IMG/VR virus record: IMGVR_UViG_3300030376_007335 | Coordinates: 1 to 64,000 of that record | Direction: 5' to 3' (one strand) | Origin: an uncultured virus (IMG/VR IMGVR_UViG_3300030376_007335) | Lineage: Duplodnaviria > Heunggongvirae > Uroviricota > Caudoviricetes | DNA length: 64,000 nucleotides | In this document: positions 36,594 through 44,339 of the stretch, in pieces | Layout: each line of letters opens with the position of its first letter | Position numbering within the stretch: position 1 is the first letter of the stretch | Translations under genes and position numbers: made by a program | Notes under the pieces: generated by a model | The model's input: the letters and a program-made list of their open reading frames with translations, nothing else | The model's database searches: none | What the model was told of the DNA's origin: nothing

Positions 36594-36660
36594 GATAATC
36601 CAAAGCATCCATCAACTGCATTTCAGGATTGTAGTGTTTCATTATTTCGTCGTAGTCCAT
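36376..36660 (-). CDS. Hypothetical protein overlapping lysozyme 3' end
   Basis: TAATG coupling to 36660-36962 gene. Confidence 0.5.
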   Translation of the reverse strand: MDYDEIMKHYNPEMQLMDALDYLRDRPWDAAEILDRWASHSNNEKISVEPPQKDPNLESFSQDIQLLSPDWEPQYKSRGDLINISYPDNDACKR

Positions 36661-36962
36661 TACTTTGTCCTCTCTCTTTCGCTAACTAATCCTATTTTAA
36701 GTAATACTAAATATCCGATTAAATCTACTATGACGTCTTCATCATGATCAATAAGTCCTACACCTTTCATTACTCTATTTATTTTATCGTCGATGCGGAC
36801 TAATAATTGCTCTACAGGAGTTGATTTACTGAATATTCGACATGGTCTTAATGCTGAATCACCATATTTTTCATTTTTGTAGAGCAATAATTCTTTAACG
36901 TCATCGCATGCGGCTGCAATTGCTTTCTGCGTTTCTGTCATTTCTGTATCAGTGGTATTCAT
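36660..36962 (-). CDS. DUF1599/nucleotide-modification-associated domain protein
   Basis: LLLYKNEKYGDS...LLVRIDDKINR...DLIGYLVL. Confidence 0.75.
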   Translation of the reverse strand: MNTTDTEMTETQKAIAAACDDVKELLLYKNEKYGDSALRPCRIFSKSTPVEQLLVRIDDKINRVMKGVGLIDHDEDVIVDLIGYLVLLKIGLVSERERTK

Positions 36963-36980
36963 TTCTAATAGAATAACTGT

Positions 36981-37211
36981 ATGCGACTACAATTTAACCG
37001 AGGATACGAGATTGACAATCGCTACGCTAATGTGCGACGTGCGATAGACAACTCTACTGGAAAAAGGTTTGTAAAAGAATATATTTCGAGAAGAAGGAAA
37101 CGTCCTAATATGTCTGGTGAACTTGCTTCAGAAGATAGGATTATTGTTGCGCCTACGGGATCATTTCCAAGTGGTCAAGCTCGTGTGCCTAATCCTTATA
37201 AAGCTACTTGA
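36981..37211 (+). CDS. Small basic hypothetical protein
   Basis: TAGAAT upstream; 76 aa. Confidence 0.5.
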   Translation: MRLQFNRGYEIDNRYANVRRAIDNSTGKRFVKEYISRRRKRPNMSGELASEDRIIVAPTGSFPSGQARVPNPYKAT

Positions 37212-37857
37212 TAATTTTTCCTATATTTGAAAATATTGATTCAAATTGATTTACTTGGTCAAAACCATAATCTAACCTTGGTAAGTAAATAAAAAACCCC
37301 CAAAATATAGGTGTTTTAAGAGTAAATAGACCTTCTCCATGTATTGCATTTACCTTTTCATAAGGTATACATACTGGGAAATCCCACATATTAGGACAGA
37401 TTCTCATCATTTCTGGGTATGTGGAGAAGAACAAAGCTTCTGGTATGTTTCTTAATTTCCATTCTCTTACTAATCTCTGAAACCATATAATTGAAGGTGC
37501 TTTAGCTCCTGCCCCTGCTTTAGGGCTCCATCTCCAAGTCCCTCTATCTTTACTAAAAGAGCATCTTCCATATGTTGGTGGGAATAGATATATTTTTCCT
37601 GTCCAAGGGTCTTCGACATTTAAACCATCTTCTTCTAATGTATATATTTTCCTAGCTCTCAAAAATTGAGCATTTGCATTATGAGTTGAGCAGGGATCTA
37701 AATCTATTTCGCCTAATAATGCGGATATGTAAGGTATATATTCAGCAGGAGTTAACCAATCATGAGTTAAATGAGATACTCGTCCTAATATTTCTTTATA
37801 TTCTGACCAGTATCTTTTTCTTTTTTTCACATTTTTATAAAGTTTGCATTTTCGCAA
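37204..37857 (-). CDS. Phage DNA N6-adenine methyltransferase fold with altered motif IV
   Basis: DWLTP, IDLDPCS, YTLEEDGL, WTGKIYLFPPTYG (expected NPPY). Confidence 0.7.
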   Translation of the reverse strand: MRKCKLYKNVKKRKRYWSEYKEILGRVSHLTHDWLTPAEYIPYISALLGEIDLDPCSTHNANAQFLRARKIYTLEEDGLNVEDPWTGKIYLFPPTYGRCSFSKDRGTWRWSPKAGAGAKAPSIIWFQRLVREWKLRNIPEALFFSTYPEMMRICPNMWDFPVCIPYEKVNAIHGEGLFTLKTPIFWGFFIYLPRLDYGFDQVNQFESIFSNIGKIIK

Positions 37858-38300
37858 TCATGTTTATAGTGGACAAGTGACATATTATCTTTATCTTGAA
37901 TAATAAATAGTGACTCTTTCTCGGGATCTATGGGTTCTGCTCTTGCAATTGCTTTTTTCATTACCTCTGCGACTCCATCCATATCTCTTTTATTAAAATC
38001 ATCTAAGGCATTTATCATGTGATCTACAGTTAAATAAAACATACTTTTTTTCTGATCTTCAGCGTCTGGAACATATACCATTGCTCCTGGACCTTCATTT
38101 GCATAAAATTTAGAATAATATTCGCACATATCGGCGCATATACGCTCCATTGTTAATTTCAAGAGTTTAGTTTCAGTCTCCCCCTTTGCTTCTTTCATTA
38201 ATTGCTTTAAAAGCTTGTTGCGTCGGTTTGTCATGATAATTTGCTTCTGTCTAAGTTTATCAAGATTTACCTTTCTCAGCAGCTTTCTTTTTCTTATCAA
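37827..38300 (-). CDS. Hypothetical protein (start probably ATG 38234)
   Basis: ORF in minus-strand operon. Confidence 0.55.
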   Translation of the reverse strand: MIRKRKLLRKVNLDKLRQKQIIMTNRRNKLLKQLMKEAKGETETKLLKLTMERICADMCEYYSKFYANEGPGAMVYVPDAEDQKKSMFYLTVDHMINALDDFNKRDMDGVAEVMKKAIARAEPIDPEKESLFIIQDKDNMSLVHYKHDCENANFIKM

Positions 38301-38853
38301 TTTTTACGAGATTTCCTAAGCCTGATTTTCTTAAAGTCTCTAATAATTTAGGTAAAGGTCTATATAAAACTACAGCTTTCTGCATATTCCCGATTTTTTT
38401 AATTAATTTGCCATTTTCATCTCTTAGTTTTGTTAATTCTCCTTGTCTTATTAAGTATTCTGCAACGCAGCGATATCTACGTTTTTCCGCTAAATTTATC
38501 TCTGGGTATCTGTCGCATATGGTACTAGTTTTCATATCACTAAATGTTAGTCGAATTTGATCTGCTAGAGATAAACCTAATACTAGATCTGTTGTACTAG
38601 TCTCGTAACTGCAAATCAATTCTAAATAACGTCTAAGATCAGGTGTTTCAAAACTTCCAGAAGGTGGAATAAACATAGAAGTTTGTTCAATTAGAGAAGG
38701 ACATAACATCTCCTCATAGTTTTCTATAGTTATTGATTTAATATCTAATTCGGAAAACCGATAACTTACGTAGACATTAGTTTCATCTTCATCTAACTCA
38801 AAATGAGTATGGTCTAAAACATCCACCCAGTCCTCTTTATTTTCTACTTTCAT
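38260..38853 (-). CDS. Hypothetical protein, possible winged helix
   Basis: RYRCVAEYLIRQGEL...AVVLYRP. Confidence 0.5.
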   Translation of the reverse strand: MKVENKEDWVDVLDHTHFELDEDETNVYVSYRFSELDIKSITIENYEEMLCPSLIEQTSMFIPPSGSFETPDLRRYLELICSYETSTTDLVLGLSLADQIRLTFSDMKTSTICDRYPEINLAEKRRYRCVAEYLIRQGELTKLRDENGKLIKKIGNMQKAVVLYRPLPKLLETLRKSGLGNLVKIDKKKKAAEKGKS

Positions 38854-39251
38854 TAGAGAACTTTATCTTCCGTAATATTACCCCAAAATCTATGATCGTC
38901 CCACTGTTTTTTATGATCAATCTTTAAAACAAGCTCATAATACCCTCTAATACTTGCCATATGTTCTTTAATAGAGGTAATTTCTGTCCATTTTGAGCCG
39001 TATATGTTTTCAAGTCGTTTTTTACATTTCTCTTTTGAACCTCCATAATTTTCTGCTTCCCATAGTGCTTGAGCAAAGGATATTTGTTGAGTTCTCATTA
39101 GTTCTTTTAAATCTTTCATTGGCAAATCAGATATAAGTTCGCTAAACTCCTTAAGGAAAGGATATTGTTGATCATGCGTAGACCCATTACTTATGCTGAG
39201 TTGTTGTTGATCTTGGTTCTTATACCCCCTGTTTTTATTGGTGGTCAGCAT
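38853..39251 (-). CDS. Hypothetical protein
   Basis: 132 aa ORF coupled to downstream gene. Confidence 0.5.
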   Translation of the reverse strand: MLTTNKNRGYKNQDQQQLSISNGSTHDQQYPFLKEFSELISDLPMKDLKELMRTQQISFAQALWEAENYGGSKEKCKKRLENIYGSKWTEITSIKEHMASIRGYYELVLKIDHKKQWDDHRFWGNITEDKVL

Positions 39252-39306
39252 TTATACGGGTTTGTGACAGATAGAATCAGTATAGAAGTTAAATTAAAGT
39301 AATACC

Positions 39307-39861
39307 ATGGGTCGGCCTCCAGCACCACCAGCTCCAACTGTAGTGATGCCAAATACAACTACACCGCAGACATTTCAGACTTTAGCGCCTCAAGAAAGTT
39401 ATCAAGACATGGCTGAGTCGATGAAGAGAACTGAAACAGAGACAGCTAAAATTCAACAACAGAGATACGACGAAGTAGGTACTCCAGCTGAAATCGGGGC
39501 TAGGCAAAAAGGTCGTGATTGGCAAACTGCTGCATCATATTTCTCTTCTTTACCTACTAAGGATCCTGATCAGAGATTTAGACCTACACCAGATGCTTTT
39601 GCAAGAACTCAAAAAGGAGAGCATTCTGCTAAATGGGGTCAACCAACTGCTGGTACATCTACTCCTTCCTCTACAGAAGGATCGAAATATGATGTTGCAA
39701 GGTATGCTGCTTCTGAAAGAGTAAGTAATGCAAGGGAGGCATATAAAGCTGCTCTAGAACATGCTAAAAAGACTGGTAGACCTACAGGAACTATCAGCGA
39801 CACACCTTCTTGGGCTAAGAGAAGCACTGACATATTTAAGCCAGAGACTCCTACAGGGTAA
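39307..39861 (+). CDS. Protein with Pro-rich N-terminus
   Basis: MGRPPAPPAPTVVMP resembles the N-terminus of the 6354 gene. Confidence 0.6.
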   Translation: MGRPPAPPAPTVVMPNTTTPQTFQTLAPQESYQDMAESMKRTETETAKIQQQRYDEVGTPAEIGARQKGRDWQTAASYFSSLPTKDPDQRFRPTPDAFARTQKGEHSAKWGQPTAGTSTPSSTEGSKYDVARYAASERVSNAREAYKAALEHAKKTGRPTGTISDTPSWAKRSTDIFKPETPTG

Positions 39862-40537
39862 TAGATCCAAAATCTAAAGTTTCTTCTACGAGTTTAGTTA
39901 CAGAATCTGCTCCACCGAATGACAAAGCTTCGTCTACAGATTCTGCTGTAAATCTCCAATCCAAACTAGAAACGTTAAGACCTATTGAGTAATTAGTTTC
40001 TAAATATCTAATATCATTAGTGATTAAAAATAAGTATTGTCCAGGATCGAGGCTAAGTACTGGATAATCGTCTGTTTTAAGATCTCCTTCTTCATCTTCA
40101 TAATCTATAGCTCCTTCTTTAAATACATAACCTAAGTCATTTATTGGTAATTCTTCTCTTCTTCCATCTTCTGTGATTTGATAGAAAGCTAATAAAGTAT
40201 TTCTATTGGTATTTTCTTCATAAGAGAATTGTGAATTCAGCTGTGTAAATTGTATAGTTCTTCTTTTTTCTAAGCTTAATTTATAAAAAGTAGTTTGTTT
40301 CCTTGTTAATCCACCATGTGTATTTTTTATCTCAAGTGAACGAAATATTGAAGAAAAGTCTCCTAGGTCTATTGGATTATTTAAATTATCACCTTGTTCA
40401 GCTGGTCTAGGATCTGAACCAAAATATGAAGTTGGTCCATATGCTGTAGGACCTGATCCTCCTGTTGGATAGGATTCAACAGTACCTAAGTTAAAAAAAC
40501 CTAAGTTATTCGGTATTGTTGTCAGGAACCTTGCCAT
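39851..40537 (-). CDS. Putative virion protein with PPC-like beta sandwich
   Basis: NPIDLG...FYKLSL...LDPGQYLFLI. Confidence 0.5.
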   Translation of the reverse strand: MARFLTTIPNNLGFFNLGTVESYPTGGSGPTAYGPTSYFGSDPRPAEQGDNLNNPIDLGDFSSIFRSLEIKNTHGGLTRKQTTFYKLSLEKRRTIQFTQLNSQFSYEENTNRNTLLAFYQITEDGRREELPINDLGYVFKEGAIDYEDEEGDLKTDDYPVLSLDPGQYLFLITNDIRYLETNYSIGLNVSSLDWRFTAESVDEALSFGGADSVTKLVEETLDFGSITL

Positions 40538-40874
40538 ATTCTTTTGCTAGTCCAGTAAATAAACCATGCATAGGATGATCTTTCGAATCTCTGCCTGATT
40601 TTTGATATAATTCTTCCATTATTATAGCCCGTTCAGGATATACACCTTCTCCCTCCATTGTTTGATAGGAGTCATAATCCAGAGCAAGTTTTAAAAATTC
40701 TAAGCGGTATTTTGCATCTGATTCTTCATTAAACCAAGCGGTATAAGTTGAGTCACCATCTAATGTAACAACTCCTGCGTATTGTTTTTTGTCCAGATGA
40801 TAATTACTTGGAGTTACAGTAGCTCTTTTAGTTACTAATTTTTCTCTTTTTATAGTATTCGAAGATGTTGTCAT
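40506..40874 (-). CDS. Hypothetical protein
   Basis: Ends LYQKSGRDSKDHPMHGLFTGL. Confidence 0.55.
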   Translation of the reverse strand: MTTSSNTIKREKLVTKRATVTPSNYHLDKKQYAGVVTLDGDSTYTAWFNEESDAKYRLEFLKLALDYDSYQTMEGEGVYPERAIIMEELYQKSGRDSKDHPMHGLFTGLAKEYGKVPDNNTE

Positions 40875-41913
40875 GGCTTAGATGGATGTCCTTTTTTAAT
40901 TTTGGAGTGGAACTACATTTTAGTTCTTTTATTGTAAGGTGTTCTGGGTTACAGCAAAAGGATTTACATGTAGGTTTACTGAAGATTCTGTATTTACCTG
41001 TATAGCCACGACTTAACCAAAAAGCCACTCTTGGTGCAGATTGAGTCTTAGCAGCATGAAAAGGAGATGGAAAATATGCAGTTGACTCGGTATTATTTTT
41101 TCTTGTAGATCCTTGCCATACCCAACATTCGTTAGTTTTTCCTATATTTACTTGATCCCAAAATCTTTTTACTTGCCAATACCATCTAAAAGGAAATTCT
41201 CTTAAATCTATTAGGCACCTTCCTTTTTTAATTTCTTCCATGCAGGTTAGACACTCACCCATTGCTCCAAATTCTCCTTTATGTCCCCAAGGGCATTCGA
41301 GTTCGTTAGTCACGTAATGATTTAAATTGAATTGTTTTGCTTCGCTTTTGTGAGAAGTTATTATTCTTCTACAAGTTGCGAAGATTGTATTCCAGATTTT
41401 ACTCGTATTTACTCTATTTTGACTCTCTTCATATGTTTCTTGATTGCATATTCTTCTTGTTGTGTGATAAGGCAGTTTATATATTTTAGCCAGTTTCTTT
41501 TTAGTTATTCCTTCTTTATTTTTCTTCCTTAACTCATCTATTAACTCCTTATTAATACCACTGTCACTACGTTTTGCATTTTCATAAGCTACGTCTGCCC
41601 TTGTCCCCCAATAATAGTGTGAAGGGTTTAGGCAATAAGGAGAATTGCATTTTGCTCTTCTTACAATTATTGATTTTTCTTCTGTATAAGTATAACCAGC
41701 AATTGCTAATAGGATTGGTCTAGTATCTTTTGTTTTATATAAAAGCTTATTTTCTTTACTTGTGTTGAAACCTTGAAATATTTTATGATTACATAATTTC
41801 ATACACCAACAGCGTTCTTTACCTAACAACTCTGTTCCAAATTGAATAGCTTTTGCAAATACTATTTCGTCATAAACTGTTAATTCTTCATATAAAAACG
41901 CATCTTTATACAT
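40828..41913 (-). CDS. Tandem HNH-like Zn domains plus HTH, apparently nuclease-degenerate
   Basis: CWC...KCNSPYCLNPSH..WGT; KKKLAKIYKL..HTTRRI; CWVWQG...TCKSFCCNPEHL. Confidence 0.7.
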   Translation of the reverse strand: MYKDAFLYEELTVYDEIVFAKAIQFGTELLGKERCWCMKLCNHKIFQGFNTSKENKLLYKTKDTRPILLAIAGYTYTEEKSIIVRRAKCNSPYCLNPSHYYWGTRADVAYENAKRSDSGINKELIDELRKKNKEGITKKKLAKIYKLPYHTTRRICNQETYEESQNRVNTSKIWNTIFATCRRIITSHKSEAKQFNLNHYVTNELECPWGHKGEFGAMGECLTCMEEIKKGRCLIDLREFPFRWYWQVKRFWDQVNIGKTNECWVWQGSTRKNNTESTAYFPSPFHAAKTQSAPRVAFWLSRGYTGKYRIFSKPTCKSFCCNPEHLTIKELKCSSTPKLKKDIHLSHDNIFEYYKKRKISN

Positions 41914-41920
41914 GTTTTGA

Positions 41921-42197
41921 GTAGGGGTTGTATGTGCCTAGGCTGAAATAGTAGTCGTGGATTGGATATTTCGTCAACACCCAAATATTAATTTTTTTAG
42001 CCTATTTTATTTACTTCTAAGAGACTTGAGGTTAGCACTGTGTCTGTATATTTATATACTCTTATATACCTAACCTCAACATATGCTTACCTGAGTAAAA
42101 ACCGAAAAAAATACTAGGTTTTGGCTGTTGATTTTCAAATTTATTGCAGCGCAAAAGGTTTGATGGTTGAATTTATGAATTTTAAATCAACCCCTAC
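41921..42197. repeat. Nested inverted repeats around AT-rich core (candidate origin)
   Basis: GTAGGGGTTG 41921 / CAACCCCTAC 42188; TTGAGGTTAG 42026 / CTAACCTCAA 42070. Confidence 0.6.
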
Positions 42198-42206
42198 CCT
42201 TATTTA

Positions 42207-42365
42207 TTAGTAATAGTATTCTTCAAAAGTTTTAGCATATTCTTCGGCAACATAATCGTGTTGGGCATACCTGCACATAGCGCCGTTTTTAGAGCAAATA
42301 AGATAAGTCTTACTGTCATTGTAGTTTTGCTCTTCAATTGTTGTACCGTGAGGGAATTTTTTCAC
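42207..42365 (-). CDS. Small hypothetical protein (52 aa, not in ORF track)
   Basis: Hand translation from GTG: MKKFPHGTTIEE...ICSKNGAMCRY. Confidence 0.5.
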   Translation of the reverse strand: MKKFPHGTTIEEQNYNDSKTYLICSKNGAMCRYAQHDYVAEEYAKTFEEYYY

Positions 42366-42422
42366 TTATCTATTGGTTTCTCAATGTTAATATTATAGAA
42401 ACTGTCTAATAAAATAAAAAAA

Positions 42423-43100
42423 ATGGCAATATTACCAATGTTAGGAGCCGGTGTAATAGGAGGTATAGCCGGAGCTAGAGGATCTGAAGGAAATAAGGGT
42501 AGAAATTTCGCAAAAGGCTTTATAAATGCATTACCCGCAGCTGTTGGTGGTCTTTTAGGTAGTAAATTACCAGGTAAATTAGGAGGTGTTCCAGGAGGGA
42601 TTTTAGGAACTGTTGTTGGTGGAGCGTTAGCAACTCCAGAAGCTCAGGAAGCAAGGAAAGACCAGAGTGGATTTTTCCCTGAATTAGGATTAAGTGAAGG
42701 ATTAGGAGCTATTTGGGGAGCCGGTGCTGACGCAAGAAAAGATCAAAGTGGTTTTTTACCTGAAGTAGGTTTATCTGAGATGGGAGGAAAGATTTTAGGT
42801 ACGGATAGAACAAATAAGTATAGGAATATAGGAGAGGCAGCAGGATCAGCAGGAGTAAAAGCATTACCAGGAGCAGCAGCATTAGGAGAGAAAGCATATG
42901 GAGTAGGCTCAGCTGGTGATAGGGCTAGTAATTTTTTAGGTCTTTATGATGATTGGACTTCTTCAACATCTAATAGCCCAGCTGCACAATCAGGAGCCTT
43001 TAGTGATTCAGAAAGATTTGGTCAGCAGATGAAGCATCAGCAATGGTTGAAAGATAATAATCGCAAGTATGATTCACGTTTTGAAGGCTATCTTCGGTAG
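42423..43100 (+). CDS. Glycine-zipper protein with internal duplication
   Basis: ARKDQSGFFPELGLSE / ARKDQSGFLPEVGLSE. Confidence 0.65.
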   Translation: MAILPMLGAGVIGGIAGARGSEGNKGRNFAKGFINALPAAVGGLLGSKLPGKLGGVPGGILGTVVGGALATPEAQEARKDQSGFFPELGLSEGLGAIWGAGADARKDQSGFLPEVGLSEMGGKILGTDRTNKYRNIGEAAGSAGVKALPGAAALGEKAYGVGSAGDRASNFLGLYDDWTSSTSNSPAAQSGAFSDSERFGQQMKHQQWLKDNNRKYDSRFEGYLR

Positions 43101-43138
43101 TTATAGCTTTATAATTAATATAAATAATCAGTAGATTA

Positions 43139-43363
43139 ATGAATAATGCGGGATTTGATCCGTCGGGTTTAGAAGATTCGATTGATCCAGCTAGACAATC
43201 TAGGTTACCAGGTGGCTATGCCACTCAGGGTCAGGCTGTTAGCGCACCTTATGCGGAAGCAAATATAAGGGCTGCAGAAAAAACTAATCCTATGAACGCA
43301 CGTTCTCAGGAACCAGGTATAGGTGCAAGGGTAGACGATTTCTTAAACAAAGTAGGAGCTTAA
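43139..43363 (+). CDS. Small low-complexity protein
   Basis: TATAAT upstream; ends ARVDDFLNKVGA. Confidence 0.6.
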   Translation: MNNAGFDPSGLEDSIDPARQSRLPGGYATQGQAVSAPYAEANIRAAEKTNPMNARSQEPGIGARVDDFLNKVGA

Positions 43364-43365
43364 TT

Positions 43366-43596
43366 ATGACTGGTAAAGGTTTTCTTGATTCTTGGCTAAG
43401 AGGTGGACTTGTCGGAGCTACTTCTAAGACAGGAGGTATTACAGGTTTAGGACCTAAATTTGAATATGACTCTAAAAAGGGATTCATAGGTTCAAATAAA
43501 CCTTTTAGCGGCTATCTCGGCGAAAAAGCACAAGGTGGTTTAGGCGCTAGGGATTTAACTGGTAAAAGTGGTTTAGGCGGTATTTTTCAAATTTAG
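43366..43596 (+). CDS. Small Gly-rich protein
   Basis: 76 aa with 2-nt gaps to neighbours. Confidence 0.55.
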   Translation: MTGKGFLDSWLRGGLVGATSKTGGITGLGPKFEYDSKKGFIGSNKPFSGYLGEKAQGGLGARDLTGKSGLGGIFQI

Positions 43597-43598
43597 AA

Positions 43599-43805
43599 AT
43601 GGGTGATACTGATTTTCCAGCAGTAATGGCTAATTGGGGTGAGGCCAAAGATAAAGCTGATTTATGGCGTTCTAACTATTCTGGTAAAGAGGAATATAGT
43701 CAATCTGGAACAGATATTCCAGAAGAAGGCTATGAAAGAGAGTATTCAGGTGGCGAAGGTTCGGATATAGATCCTTACTTTAGAGAGAGGGTTAGATACA
43801 AGTAA
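43599..43805 (+). CDS. Small acidic protein
   Basis: 68 aa in same operon. Confidence 0.55.
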   Translation: MGDTDFPAVMANWGEAKDKADLWRSNYSGKEEYSQSGTDIPEEGYEREYSGGEGSDIDPYFRERVRYK

Positions 43806-43839
43806 AATAGTTTATAAGCAGGGTTAAAGTTTTAAGTAG

Positions 43840-44337
43840 ATGTCACAAACCAAAGCAGAATTAGTAGATTTCACTATTGCCGCACCAGATAAGATTTCTG
43901 AAGGTAATAGTAAGGTCGAAGTAGTAGATAGTGGTACAGGATATGTCACTGCAGAAGCTGATGGAGCAGAAAAATTACGTGTCCTAGCAGCTGGAATTAA
44001 ATTAACAGGTTCAACTGAAACTAATATTCAAACACAGGCTGCAACAGGAGGAGGTACAACAACTCTTGATTTAAATACAGCTGATAACTGGATAGTAACA
44101 ATGGGTGGAAATACTACGGTAGGTGATCCAAGTAATGAGAAGTTAGGGCAGACTGGATCTATATGGATGGTTCAAGATGGAACAGGTTCTAGAACGGCTG
44201 CATGGAACTCAGCATTTAAATGGGCAGGCGGAACAGCACCTACACTAACGACAACAGCTTCTGCTATTGATCGCATTGATTATATTGTTAAAGCAGCAGG
44301 TGAGATTAATGCAGTAGCTTCTCTCGACGTTAAATAG
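43840..44337 (+). CDS. Tail fibre protein
   Basis: QDGTGSRT...FKWAGGTAPTLTTTASAIDRIDY. Confidence 0.7.
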   Translation: MSQTKAELVDFTIAAPDKISEGNSKVEVVDSGTGYVTAEADGAEKLRVLAAGIKLTGSTETNIQTQAATGGGTTTLDLNTADNWIVTMGGNTTVGDPSNEKLGQTGSIWMVQDGTGSRTAAWNSAFKWAGGTAPTLTTTASAIDRIDYIVKAAGEINAVASLDVK

Positions 44338-44339
44338 TC

